Positions 40,076 through 53,412 of a stretch of 64,000 nt of DNA are shown piece after piece. Source of the stretch: Microbotryum violaceum (lineage: Eukaryota); the NCBI GenBank assembly GCA_001244265.2, contig CDLV01000011.1:620001-684000 (forward strand). Reading direction: 5' to 3'. The notes below the pieces were generated by a model. It saw only the letters and a list, made by a program, of their open reading frames with translations. It had not been told where the DNA came from and made no database searches. Each line of letters starts with the position of its first letter. Position 1 is the first letter of the stretch. The position numbers and the translations under genes are program-made.

Positions 40076-41556
40076 CTATGAGATCGGGATGACGTGACCG
40101 GCGGCGTCCTTGACAATCACCAGGTCGGTCGGGATCACCTCTCCTGTGTCCATGAAGACGACCGAGGTTTGATCTAACGGATCGGTGCGCACGCCTCGTC
40201 GTTCCATGAACGACCTGCGCAAAAGAAAGCGAGAAGCCGAACTCGTCAGTCTCCTCAAGAGTTGCAGCCATACGAGGTTCTTCGTTGATAACTCACCTGC
40301 CAAGAATGACAGGGAAGTACGAGTTTTCAACAAGCATTACTTGTTGCTCCACCGTCTTCTTGCCGACCTGTGTTTTGGGAACGTGGTATCAGCTCGGAAA
40401 TACCAGCTTCTGATTTGCGCATAGCCAGCGACAACCCCTGCTCTTACACACCTTGATAGGCCAGCTACCGAGGTTCGTGATCCCAGAAAAGCCGTAGAAG
40501 CCCGGTGCAGCGTCTTTCGGGATAAAGGCGTGCTGTTGAGCAAAGGCACGCGACATGTAGCATGCTCGATGGCCGGCTTTCATCTGTTGGAATCCGGAGG
40601 ATTGGGCGACGCGTCAGTCTCATGGAGCTGCACAGACCGGAGCTTGAGGGGACGAAGCAGCTGACCATCATGCGGACGTTCTCGACGGGACCAATGGATC
40701 CAATAAAAGTGCGGACGCCTAGCTGTTTGCAGTCAAGAATGGTATTCAGCAATCTCTTCTCGCTTGCGTCTCGAGGCTCAGGGCTCGATGCAGCCTTTCA
40801 AAGCGCCTAGATCCCAGCCCGACGACTGACCTGATTGTGGAACTCTTCAAATTTGACCTTGTGCTCGGGCACACTCGGAGCGATGCTCTTGGCCGTGCGC
40901 TTGCTTTTGCCGCCGATCGTGTCCTGGTCGCCGTCATCCTGGCCATTATGCGGCGCCGATCGGGCCACGCTCGGGGCTTTGGAACTCGCACTCGAGCTGA
41001 GGAGATGCATGCTCGTTCCCTCACGGACGTCACGGACAACGCCCCGGCCGTAGGAGTGGCCCGAGTAGATGGAAGAACCATCGTTGGGTTGCGAGCCCGA
41101 GGTCGACGGGGGCAGCGACGACATGGACGCGATCGAAGGCGTCGAGGTTGGGATCGAGGGTCCGGTCAAGAGCACGGTCACCTCGGCCGAGTTGGCGTGA
41201 CGGTCGGTGAAGACTTCCCAGTCATCCTCTGTAGGGAGGTGAAGGAAGGTGATGGAGCATGGGTCAGTTCCTCACATCCTCATGGTACGCGGCGTTCACG
41301 ACAAGGCCGAGAAGATCGCCGAGCCATCCGATCCAACCACGACCACTCCCGACTGCAACTGACCATCTTCGAGGGTGTAGTACACATCACACCACAGGTA
41401 CTGCAACCCAATGTCGGACCCATCGCCGTGGAGGGCCAATTTGCGTGCGGCCCTGGCTCGGATCGACTGCACCGAGTCGCCCGTTTTGAGCTTGAGCGCG
41501 AACGCATTGAGGCTGCCCGGGTGGCAGGACAGGATCGGCGAAGTAGCGTTGGTCAT
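40076..41556 (-). CDS. PB1/ubiquitin-fold N-terminal domain plus C-terminal retropepsin-like (probably inactive) domain protein
   Basis: Spliced exons give AFALKLKTGDSVQSIRARAARKL...YYTLEDEDDWEVF...VTVLL and FEEFHNQLGVRTFIGSIGPVENVRMMMKAGHRACYMSRAFAQQH...FPVILGRSFMERRGV; the start is uncertain. Confidence 0.7.
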
Positions 41557-42293
41557 CCTGCTTGGTTATCAATCGAGTTTGGGACTGAGGTGCGGCTGGT
41601 TGTATGCGAGGTGGCGGACACTGAGGGCTGCGGGCCGAGACGGAAAGGGGCTGGGGTGGTCGGGGTGGGGCGGATGGTAGTGAGTGGGCCGGATCGGGCG
41701 TACGGTGCGACCGAAGGGTGAGCAACGGCGGGGGGAGTAGGTACTGAGTAGGTCGCTCTCGAATCAGATGGAATGCGAGGTCGAATCAAACTGAAGACTA
41801 CAAATGAGGTGAGCCTAGTCGAAAGCAGGTCGATAAGTGCAGCTGGTGCGATCGTGCAGAGGCAAAAGTGTGAGCCAGCCCAAAGTGGGACAGCCGCTGC
41901 ATGCTGCACGCTGGCAGCGTCTGGCAGCATGATGACGCGCTCGATTTCTGCAGGGTGAAATGAAGCGAAAATCTTTACCGCCATGGCAGGTCCCACCTCA
42001 TTTTTTAGTACCTTTCATAGTCTGTCAAAAAAAAAGGCTGGTCGCAGCATGTCGTACACAAGGCGCCAAACTTTGTTATGTTGCCTCCACTTTCCAAGCC
42101 GATACTCACTAGTGTGCACGGCCAGAGTCATTCGATCGCCTCGCTCATCTTTAGCCTGGTTTTTGGGCGGCCCGAATGCCGAGCGGCGAGCGCTCTCGCC
42201 GGTTTGCTCGTTGTGACCTTGCTTCCTTCCCACCTTCCCACCTTCCCACCTTCCCACCCCCCACCCATCACACTCGAAGGATCAGCGCTCAAA

Positions 42294-43814
42294 ATGTCGC
42301 GGCTGCTCGAGTCGGCCTCGCTGCAAGGCCCCGCAGCGCTCGAGAAGGCGTTCCAACCCGTGGCCAACGCGCTCGGCGTGCCCAAATGGGCCGGGCTGGT
42401 CCACCTCAGCATCTTGTCGTGCGCGGCGTCCTTCTTGCTGCAGCGCATTTCTCACGTGCTCGGCCCACACCTGTTCCCCAACACTTATCCCAAGATCAAG
42501 AGGAAGCAGGATGATTGGGATCTCCATGTTGTGAGTGTCAAGCTGGCTCGTCTTGATACTGTATCGTATTGCTGTTCTCATTCAGTATTCGAATATATAA
42601 CCTCTTACGCGTGATGCATTCGGTCACATCTCTGGCTTCTGGCTCTCGCGCATTCGGATCCGGCGCCGTGACCGCCAAACACACCCCGACCTTCTACCTT
42701 CGCGAACGCTGACATACTGGCGCCGAATGCTTTCACAGGTCGGATGGGTCTTTGCTCTCATCGCCACCCCCTTTGCGTTCGACCTGATCCGCCACCCTTC
42801 GGCTGCGATCGTGCTCGACCGCGCCTACGGCTTCGGAATTGCCGAGGCGAGGCTCAACGCGTTCGCGACCGGATACTTTATCTGGGTGAGCTATCTCCTA
42901 GGTATTACATATTGGAGACACCGTGCTGATGCTCTTCAAGTCTACTCGGACTAGGACGCGATCGTTTCAGCCCAGCACATCAGCACTCAAGGGCTCGGTA
43001 AATTGATCTCGAACCCAAATGACTCGTTCCTACTACAGTCTACCTGCTCACATCTCCATTGCTCCTCTCTCGCACAGGCTTCTTCCTGCACGGTTTCGGG
43101 TGCATGCTCGCATTCCTCTTCACCCTGAAACCCTTCTTACTCTTCTGCGGTCCCAATTTCTTGATCTGGGAACTCTCGACCATGTGAGAAAAGACGAATC
43201 CACTTCGGGTCATCACCCCCACCAATGATCTTCGTACTTAATCATTCCGTTCTTCCCCGATTCTCAGCTTCCTCAATGCCCATTGGTACCTCGACAAATT
43301 CGGTTTGACCGGCTCGACGTTCCAACTTGTCAACGGCATTTTCCTTGTGTAAGAACCCGCGCGCCTGCAAACTTTTCACCCTGACAAGCGACTGGCTCTA
43401 ATTTTTCTTCCCTCTACTTCCCAGTGGCGCATACGTCGGAGCCCGCTTGATTTGGGGGACCTACAACTCGTACCAACTCTGGATGCTCTTCTTCGGACCC
43501 AAAGCCGATCCTCGAGCGGGAAACGTTCGTTATCGTAAGTCTTTCCTTAACCCCACCCACATCACGATCCACTACATCACCCCCATTCATTTAACTTCTC
43601 CTGCTACCCTCCGATGTGATTAGTCTACTGCGGCCTCAATCTCCTCATGAACAGCCTCAACTTCTTCTGGTTCCGAGCTATGGTCCTCGCGCTCAAGAAG
43701 AGGTTCGTCAAGGCCGAGCCGGGCGCAAGGCATAAGAGGATCGAGATCAATGGCAAATTGTCTTCGGGGTCGGCGGCCGCGGCGGAGAAGAAGAGAGCGA
43801 CGAAGAGGGAATGA
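42294..43814 (+). CDS. TLC (TRAM/LAG1/CLN8) domain membrane protein, paralogue 1
   Basis: DWDLHVVGWVFALIATP, AFATGYFIWD, GFFLHG, FLIWELST.FLNAHWYLDK, LNFFWFRAM. Confidence 0.88.
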
Positions 43815-44361
43815 ATCTGACCTGGGAGGGAGGAAGGTGGTGCAGAGTTATAAGATAGAAGGTGTACGGTATTGGGCAAGGGGAAAGGAAATAGACGCGG
43901 AAAGATAATGACGGAGGAGCCTCGTAAAGTGTTGTACGCCGATGCCGAAGGGCAATACCCTGCTTGAGTGGGCATGACTTTCCCAATTATTAATCAGCCT
44001 GAAGCGAAATGGCATCAGTCTTAATTATCAAGCTGGAAAAAACAACGCTAAGATCCCACCGAAGGAAGGTTTTTCTCAAGTTGAAAGTATGATTTGCCGA
44101 ATGCTATAGCGTGCCGAGACACATGATTTTGGAGAGGCCTGTTAAAGTGCATGCTGTGGCGGGTGAAGCGAAAGTGAAGCTGAGAATGCTGGTCACGATT
44201 AGAAGGGATAAAATGGGGTATCAAAGTGACGGAGCCGGGAAGTTGCGAAGACGCAGAATGACGCGGGTGGGGAATGAGAAGCTTGAAGCCTCGGTGAGGA
44301 GCTAGAAGAGCAAAAGTTGCGGAAGAGCTTCACATGGTCGACTTGCTTCGGTCCAGGATCA

Positions 44362-46593
44362 TCACTTTTTCTTCGACTTCGACTTGGGTTCTGCGTTGGG
44401 CCAGTTGTGTTCCTCGAGGAATTTCTGTACCGTATCGCGCAGGACGACCGAGTCGAGTTTTTGGGTCGGAGTCCATCCGATAAGCTTGATGAGCTTGGTG
44501 TTCGAGAAGTGGATGGGGTGCGGTTGGAGGAGGTCGGCGGGCTGGAAATGAGGCAGGGTGATTCATTCAGACGACAAGTAGAAGACTCAAATGCTTACTT
44601 CAAAGTCGACCTACTACATAGGGTGAGATCGGCACCGTCGACGAGATAGGAGGATTGGACGCTTGCAAAAGCTCACTCCACCCTTCGAGATGCTGCGATT
44701 CCGAAAGCCCAATGAAGCAATAAGGATTCCGCTTTAGCTTTAAAGTGAGACATCGGCCCATCTAATCTGATCAAGTGCTAACCTTTTCGTTGACGTCTTC
44801 GAGCACGTCCCCCATGTTGAGCTTGGCGAACGATGAGATGATGCTCCCGTGGAACCCAGCTTCGACCCCTATCGTCTCGCCGATGAGCTTGGCAATGTTG
44901 GCCTGAACCGTATCGCCATCATCAGCGAGCGTGAAAACCGCGGCCGTGACCTTGTCGCCTTTCTTGGCTGCCCCTTGCACCGTTTGAATGATGTCATCCG
45001 ACGTCAACGTCGTGGGTAGATCTTCGCCTGCGAGAGCGAGTGATCGCTCTGAGCCCTGGGACAATGCCCATGCCGCGATGGCAACCGTCGCGGAACAAAA
45101 ATCTTCAATCCATATCGTGTTGAGGGGTAGTGATTCCTTCCAGCTGTGGATACGTAGAGCCTTACACGACACTTAGCGCATCGCAAGACTGGGGGGCTGC
45201 GGCTCTCAGGACAGCTCACAGAAATTCTAGCTTTTCGCCGAGGAACCGATAGACTTCCCCAATGAGCATTCGAGGCGTCACTGGGGATTCGGAAAGCTAA
45301 GCGGAATCAGATCTGGCATGGTTCCTGATATGAAATGGTCGCATGACTCACAGCCCGTCACGGTGAATGAGCCATAGAAGAGTGCCGGTCGGACAAGGAC
45401 GAGATTGAGACTGTTCCAGATGAACACGAGGTCGGTCAAAGTTTCCGATACCGCTTGATCAGTTTGCCAAATCAACCCACCCTTTGATCAAAGCAAGCCC
45501 CCTAGCCGCCTCATGGAACCATGCCGCCCTTATACCCCAAGGCTCGGCAATCGAACCCTCCTCTCCGACCTTGGCCTTCTTGTCGCCGACGACCTTGTAT
45601 TGCGTCGCGAGCAAACGGACATAGACACCAACGTTGTGTTCGACTGCGGATTGGCCAAGAGCCAAAGCGAGTGCAAGTGTCCGCTCGACTTGGACCTGTG
45701 CGCGATTCGAAAAACCAATTTACGACGGAGGTTTCAGCTTGCGATCCGATGGGGGCAGCGAGCGATCTGCAACAGCTTCGCTGTTTCCTGGCCTTGAATG
45801 ACGCACCGAATCAGGGAGGCTAAAGTCGGCCTCGCCAGTGAAATCGAATACATAGTCGAAACCTTTCGAGGGTCCGCCGTGGGCTTCCGGCAAGGTCATG
45901 GCTCTTGTGCGCATCGCTGACCTCGAGGCACGTGGGGGAAGACGACAGCGGCAGGAAAGGGGAGGAAAGGAGGGAAGAAATGGTCATTGGTACATGCAAC
46001 CTTCCACGTGTTGGGCTGGAAATTGAATACGAAGAGCAACAACATCACTTTGCCTTCGAGCAGCCTGTTACGTCACCCCCACCTTGCGACGAGGCGGAAG
46101 CAGATGTTTCGCAACTAGCGTGCACGAGCCTCGTTTCAGCACCGCATCATCGCCTACATCCGACATCCCACCTCGCACAGTTGCCGCCAGATTCTTCTAT
46201 ATATCCCTTGCGGTGTACTCACCACTTGTCAACAAGTTCCCTTGCATGTACTCGACCCGATCGGCCTGCTTGAGTGCCTGTCGGGTCTCGGCGTCGACGT
46301 AACACGTGAAGGCCTCGGCCTGAGGGATAACGAGATACTTATCGACGACGCGAATCAACTTGGCTTGGATCTTGCTATCTTTGGTTGTTGAGTTCGTGAG
46401 GTAGGATATGAGGTGTCGTGCGCCATCGCCTCCTGCGCGGGATCGATCGCGTGGCAGGCGGCCGAAACGGTGACGTGTGGGGGAGGGGAGGTGGTGGGTC
46501 GCACGGACGTGTCAGCTGTCCATCGACGACCCCGGAACGACACAGCGCAGAGTGCAACTGACCTAGTCCACCCAAAATCAACACGGTCGACAT
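44362..46593 (-). CDS. NAD(P)-dependent epimerase/dehydratase (extended SDR-like) family protein
   Basis: MSTVLILGG, IRVVDK, EYMQGNL, FDYVFDFTGE, LNLVLVRPALFYG, LNTIWIED; many introns. Confidence 0.75.
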
Positions 46594-46874
46594 CTTGTTC
46601 AGACTCGATTGGCAAGAGGGTGGCAAAGTCAGAGATGGGGGTCGCACCAGGCGAGCAGCGAACAAGCGAGGACGAGTAGGGACGAGTCACTAGGCGCAGA
46701 GATGGAGAGGGGCGGAAAGAGGGGAGAGCGCAAAGACAGGCGCGATTCGATGAAACCGATGACGGAAGATGATCGTGACGACGCTTGGACCTCCTCGTAT
46801 TCACTGTCAAGTCCGAGTCGCGAGTTTAGTTCCATTTCCCGTCCCCCCATCGCAGACTGAGTTTGACACGCGCC

Positions 46875-48294
46875 ATGCCACTGCCGCTGATCAGATTCCT
46901 CACTCGCGGCCGGTCCACTACAGCCGGTGGCACCCCTCAAGACGTGCCGACCCCCACTTGTACGACCACCACCGTTCCAGCAGCCGGACCATTATTCGCC
47001 GGTCTCTGCGCCTTCTTCTCCAACTCTTGTTCAATCTCAACTCGTGCAGCATGGGTTCATCATGGTGGTACCTTGGCTCGAGCCGAACAAGTACCGAAGG
47101 GGATCCCGATCCATCTCTTCTTTGTCGTTGAGAGCAGACCATCGAATTGCGAGAGACGGTGAGTCTTATCCACGAAAGAGCCTCGGAGCAACATAGATAC
47201 TCTCTTCCCGCGTCGGAACCGTGCAAACAGGTCTTGAGAAGAATAAAGCCTGACAGGCAACCATTTCGTCGTACATCTCATCGCACAGCCTCGAAGCCCT
47301 CGGCCTCGAGCTCCGCGACCAACGCTACGTCTGGGCTTGCATCGATCACAAGCGCTTGCTCTCGCTCGAACAGTATCTCATACCACCTCGTCAATTGAAG
47401 AAGAACGATCCATCCACCTCGTCCCAATTGGACGTGATCCAGTGGAGGGAGATGGCAGCGCCCGATCCGGAAGAAGAAAGTGTGCAGTCCGAGGAGAACG
47501 ATCACCCCTCTCTTGGCGCGCCAAGTCCGACTTCGTCGGGCCCACACGACGATCCGACTTCAATCAAGACCCCAATTCGCTCCTTCACGTTTCCGGAGCC
47601 CGGATCATCACACTCCAGAGAGACTCCGTCCCCTCCGAAGCATTATCGACCCTCCGACCTTGACTTCAGGTTCTCTCCTGCCTCACCTTTGGTGACATTC
47701 GCTGCCGCCCAACTGATCCGATCTTCGAGTGCGACCGCGCAGTCCGACCATTCTAACTCAGCGCGCCATGAGTCTCCTGAGTATTCCTCAAGTCTATCCA
47801 GCAATTCCTCCGAGTCCGTGGAGAACTCGCTTTTCCTCAACCGAGAGAGAGGAGGTGGAAGTACTCCCCTCGCGCCTTTCTCGTCCGCAGAGGCCCGTAC
47901 GCATACGCGATTCGAGTCCGACTCCCCGGACTCAGAAACCCCCTTCCACGACTCCCAATTTGGAGGCGTACGACTTGAACAAGTCACGCTGGACGACGTA
48001 CCACGAAGTACTACGCCGCCCCTCACCCCTCCCTCATCCCTATTCTACCTCACCTCAATTTCACCCGCAAGGCCTCCGAGGATTTCCTTTGTCACCTTCC
48101 TCCACCATTTCAACTCAGTCCTACCACCCCAAGCCGAGCTAAGAAAGGGTTTGAAGGAGTTGAAGCCGGGGTACGATGGGTTCGTTGCTATTCGGAAGAA
48201 GCGCGGGGGTGAAGATACTGGGAGGGGGGATGGGTTGCAATTGCTGGAGGGAAGCGCAGTCAATCATGGGGCTAAGAAGGTTAAGGTGGAATGA
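46875..48294 (+). CDS. BRCT-like domain protein resembling meiotic telomere bouquet protein TERB2 (429 aa; intron 47159-47288)
   Basis: A phase-2 GTGAGT...CACAG intron joins LFAGLCAFFSNSCSISTRAAWVHHGGTL...HLFFV to LEALGLELRDQRYVWACIDHKRLLSLEQYLIPP; Ser/Pro-rich linker; C-terminal LKELKPGYDGFVAI. Confidence 0.7.
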
Positions 48295-48543
48295 GGGGGG
48301 TTTGAGCTTTATGGGTTCGAGAGAGTGGGATAGAGCGAGTTGGGGGGATTATCACCGGTTTCTTCCTAGTTTGATCAAATCGCTCCTGTGTTAGCTTCTT
48401 TAGAGTCTGCACTCCCGCGTTTCAATTCGTCCGACTCGGAGGCGTGGAACAAGTGAATATATCAGCTCAGCCTCCTGAGCTCTAAAATAGCTACCAATAT
48501 AAGAATCAAAATATACCAGCTCTCAATCTAAGATCCAACGCCG

Positions 48544-49909
48544 CTAGTCTACCTTCTTGCCCTGAACCGTTTTCTTCCCTTTGCCCCCCTTCGCATCCCC
48601 TTTCTGCACCCCCAAGCGCTTGTACACAGAAAGAATCATCAATCTGAACCAAGTCCAATTCAAGACTGTAAGCCGTGTAAGTCGAGAAGACAATCTATGT
48701 CAGTGACGTGCTCGAAGAGGGGGTTCAAGCTGAGCAGGCTTCGACAGCACTACAACTCACTGTTCAAAGCCAAATTCGCCGCTCTAAAGCCCCATCGTAG
48801 TTTAGGGTCGATGTTGCGTGCGTCGAGGAGGTTCCATAGGCGGTAGGTCATCAGACCACCGTAGACGATGCGGGCGCCAAAGAAACTACAAGGAGGCAGC
48901 TCGGTGAAGATTAAGTTTGAATCTTCGGGGTCGGACAGGTGAGCCAAAACGTGAAAATTGCTTACGCGGAAAGGAGTGCGAATCCATTAGCTAGTTGAAG
49001 CGTAGAACCGGTCATGTTGAGCTTATCGAGCCACCAGTGGGGGTGAAGAAAGCTGCGAGAGGTGAGATATAGTCTCAATTCAGAACTTTCGGCGGATCGG
49101 TAGGAAGAGAGATGGCAGTAGTCACGTCGTAGCACTCACATCGTGGACAGTTCCCACTGCAAGTCCGCGCTCAATTCAGTATATGACAGAAATGAATGGT
49201 TATCCCCTCTGATTCGGGCCTCGACTCACAATGAGGAACGTAGGACCGATGCCATTCAGAAAAGGGGTAAAAGCCTACGCACGATAGGAGATAGGTCAGC
49301 TACCATTCGCCCGACACAAAAGCCTCCTCCTACCTTGAAGAAGATGAAGCAACATGACGTGGCATGAACAACAAAAGGGATCCCATGCGACTTGACGAAC
49401 GCGAGCGAGACGAGGAGGTCGTACAGAAAGTAGCCACCAGAGAAGGCGAAGACGGCGCCTTCGACGGGGGCGTAACCAAAGATGGGGTCGCGCACCAGTT
49501 GAGGCGAAGGATTCCAGATGAGGTAGAGCGCTATAGGGGCCGAGATGAGAGCATGGACCCAGCCCGTCTGTAGGGTTGTCAAAGAGGCCGCTTCGGTGTC
49601 AGCTCTCCGAAAATTCCAGGGTTTGCAGAAGTGGGGCTCAACTATCACCGAGGCTAGGCTGCGCTTAGCCGGGCGACTTACAAAGTGCAGATCCCAATCG
49701 TTCCTCGTCTCCTCATCAAGCGATTTAAAGCTCTTGGGAAACAGCCTGGGCGAACAGTAGCGGGATGCGGCCTGCGCGGCGAAGAAGAAGCTACAGCCAA
49801 ATAGCGCGAGCGCGAGGTTGGGTCCTTCGGCAAGGCGGGGCACGTTGAAACGGTTGCAGTAGTATTTCGCCGCTGACGAGGTCGTCGTGAATCGGGAGAG
49901 GAAATCCAT
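48544..49909 (-). CDS. TLC domain membrane protein, paralogue 2
   Basis: DWDLHFTGWVHALISAP, FAFSGGYFLYD, FVVHA, WELST.FLHPHWWLDK, FFGARIVYG, LNWTWFRLM. Confidence 0.88.
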
Positions 49910-50509
49910 CTTTGTGACGGTGGGCGGATGGCGACGTGTTGCGTGAATGAACGTGTGTATGCAGCTGGCAGAGGGAGAGTGTGGGGGTTGACGACAACCA
50001 CGAGGACGCCAGGAAGATGCAAGGTCCTTGCTCGCGGATACGGCCAACTAACACAACCCGAAGGCGACTCAAGCTCGCTACGAGTGTGGAGTACAAGCCC
50101 AGAGGTCGTGCTGGAGGGTGTTGGAGCCCCGAGACGTGAGGGAACGGTGTGAGATCACCAGGAGCGTTCGGCGACCGCCCCGATCGAAGTCGCTCGATCG
50201 GTCGTTTCAGCGATCGACGATCGAGGCCAACGTGGGGTGCCTGAGACTTTGCTGCAAAATGCAGTTGTAACACCCGAGTGACGGTGAAGGTCAATACAGC
50301 CTGCTTGGATCAATTCATACGATTCAAAAAAACACCTACTCATTCTGCTCCGTCGCCATGCGGAATTGGCCTACCTTGGTAAATGCGTTGAAATTTCCGG
50401 CGGTCCTGGCGTTTGGCGCTAGTCAGGTCACGTGCTGCTCCTCATTTACGTTCGCACGACCACCTCCGCAGACCGAGGTGACGACGAGACGACCCCTCAA
50501 GCCCTCGGA

Positions 50510-53412
50510 ATGGATAACGCGCTCAGTCGACGGCCCTTCAAGGTCACCTTGGCTCCCACGCCGTCCTCTTCCGTCACGGCGCCCGCACGACAACTCAAGC
50601 GTATCCACGTCGCTGCAGAGGTTCTCAAGGCGAGGAAGATCTGCGCCGGCGATGCGCTCGTGATTCGTTCACGCCCCGCTGCGGCTCCTTCGACGTTGGA
50701 GGATGGCATCAGTGCGCTCAGTATCAACAAGGTCAGTGCGATACAGTCTCCCAAGACCTGCGCCCCAGCTGATCGTCCGCGACGCTGTCCGCCGCCAGAC
50801 CGAGCTACCGACCTCGCATGCTCCGGCGTCGACGGAGCCGCCCAAATTTGCTGTCGGTGTAGCATGGCCCTCGTTCACTCTATCCGCATCAGGTACGGAT
50901 CGAAAGTGCCTCGATCAGTTCATGAGTGCGAGCTGACGTGCTCCTTCTCGAATCGCCTCAGCCTCCGACTCGGCGGTCGCGGTCTCGTCGCTACTACTCG
51001 CCAACTCGGGCCTTACACTGGGAGAAGACTCGATGCTCAACACCCTCGGCGACTCGGGCCTGTCCGTCTTTGAAGCTGAGACCGTGACCCTCATCTACGA
51101 CTCCAAGGGCAAAGCCGCAAAGGATAGCTTCTTTGAAGCCTACGCTAAAGAAGTCCTCGGTGAGCAAGGATATCTCTACATCGATTTTACAGCGGAACCC
51201 CACTGATCATCCTCCCTTGGGTCCTCCCTGCAGTCGACATCAAATACGTTGCCCTTCATCACTTTGTCGAGTTGACCTTCAACGGCGTACTGCGACGATT
51301 GCTGGTTTCTTCGGCACGACCGGCCCCAACCTCGCCTCCTTTCAAAGTAGCTCCGAACCAAGTATTCCTCGTTTCTCGATCCACATCGGCTACCTTCAAA
51401 CCTCCAATCGCACCCTTACCCAAGAGAAGGGCCGCAGTAACGGCTTCAGCTGGCGCATCAACTTCGACGCCGATCGCTAGGACAGGGGACATGCCTGGAT
51501 ACGAAGCGATCGGTGGGATGCAGGCTCAGATTGAACAGATTCGCGAAATGGTCGAGTGGCCTCTGACTCGGCCTGAGGTGTTTAATCATTTTGGTACGCC
51601 ATAGTTCAAGTACTAACAGATACTGTGTTATCGTGACTACTGACGTCGTATTTTCCTGAACCCAGGTCTCCGGCCACCGAGAGGTATCTTGCTCTACGGT
51701 CCCCCAGGAACGGGCAAAACCCTACTCGCCTACTCAATCGCCCAATCGACACGCTCGACCCTCCTAAACATCAACGGGCCCTCCCTCTCCTCCGCATATC
51801 ACGGCGAGACCGAAGCTCGACTGAGGGACGTGTTTGCCGAAGCCAAGCGCAAGTCCCCCGCCGTGATCGTCATCGATGAAGTGGACGCTTTGGCCCCTAA
51901 TCGAGAGGAAGGGGGCGAGGTTGAAAGAAGGGTCGTGGCCACGCTTTTGACGCTTATGGACGGATTGGAGGAGAAGGACACGGTTGTTGACTCTGAATCA
52001 GGCGAGGAAACGAATGAGGATAAATCGAATGAGGAACGACCGAGGGTCGTCGTGATCGCCGCTACGAACCGACCGAACGCGATCGATCCTGCACTTCGAA
52101 GACCGGGGAGGTTCGATAAAGAGATCGAGATTGGTGTTCCCGATGCTGCGTCGCGGTTATCGATCTTGCGTGTGCTCCTTCGAACGACGCCACACGCTCT
52201 GGACGAGGCGACCCTCGCTTCCGCCGCTGCGCGAACCCATGGCTTCGTCGGCGCAGACCTGTCCTCTTTGGTCCACACCGCTGGTCTCAACGCGATCAAG
52301 CGTTCTTTCAATTCGATCGAAACTTCACCTACCCCAGCCAACCTCTCGGACCAAAAACTCCTCGCCTCGGATCTCGAAGCCGCCCTCCTCTCAACGCGTC
52401 CCTCAGCAATGCGTGAAGTATTCCTCGAAACGCCCAAAGTGAAATGGTCCGACATCGGTGGCCAAGCCCACGTCAAAGCCCGCCTAAGGGAATGCGTGGA
52501 ATGGCCTCTCTTACATCCCGAGACGTTCAAGAGATTGGGTGTTCGACCACCCCGAGGTGTTCTGTTGTATGGTCCTCCAGGGTGCAGTAAGACGTTGATC
52601 GCGAAGGCTTTGGCGAATGAAGGAGGGTTGAATTTCATTGCCGTCAAGGGGCCGGAGGTGTTCAACAAGTACATTGGGGAGTCGGAAAAGGGGATTAGGG
52701 AAATCTTCCGCAAGGCTAGGGCCGCCGCACCTTCGATCGTGTTCCTCGTACGTCAATCGCGTGGTTCAGCTGCTCGTCCTCAAAGGAGAAGGAGAAGTTA
52801 GCTAACCTCGATTTGCTTCTGTAAAGGATGAGATCGATGCGCTCGCACCCGCGCGTGGATCGGATGACTCGTCCGGTCCGACGGGGGATCGAGTCCTCAT
52901 GTCATTGTTGACCGAGATGGACGGAATCGAAGAGTTGAACGGCGTCATCGTTCTTGCCGCGACGAACCGACCCGACGTGATCGTAAGTCCTTTCAGGGCT
53001 GCGCATCCTCCCTCCCAGGCGGAAGGTCGCAACTTACGCTCTCTCTCTCACGCTCATCCGATAGGATCCCGCTCTCATGCGCCCAGGTCGACTAGACCGC
53101 ATCCTCTACGTCGCTCCACCCGACCTCCCATCCCGCATCGAAATCTTCCAACTCGCCTTCAATCGCATGTCCATATCCTCCGACGTCAACATCCAAGAAC
53201 TCGCTTCCATGACCGATGGGTGTTCAGGCGCTGAGATCGCGGGGATCTGTCAAGACGCGGCTTTGAATGCGATGAATGAGGATATTGAAATTGAAGCTGT
53301 GGGGAGGAGGCATTTGGTTGAGGCGGCCAAGAGTATACGGAGAAGGATCACGAGCGAGGTCGTTCAGGGGTACGAGGAATGGAGGGATCGGTCCGGGATC
53401 AGGAGTGCTTAG
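50510..53412 (+). CDS. AFG2: Double AAA+ ATPase of the Afg2/Drg1/SPATA5 family
   Basis: Two AAA modules: GPPGTGKT...IDEVD...[20 protein letters not shown], and [22 protein letters not shown]...GPPGCSKT (Afg2-type D2 Walker A)...RPGRLDR. Confidence 0.93.

Noticed and set aside
40837-41721. 294-aa + strand ORF
   Set aside because: Antisense to the PB1/pseudo-retropepsin gene
51799-52713. 304-aa minus-strand ORF
   Set aside because: Antisense shadow of AFG2
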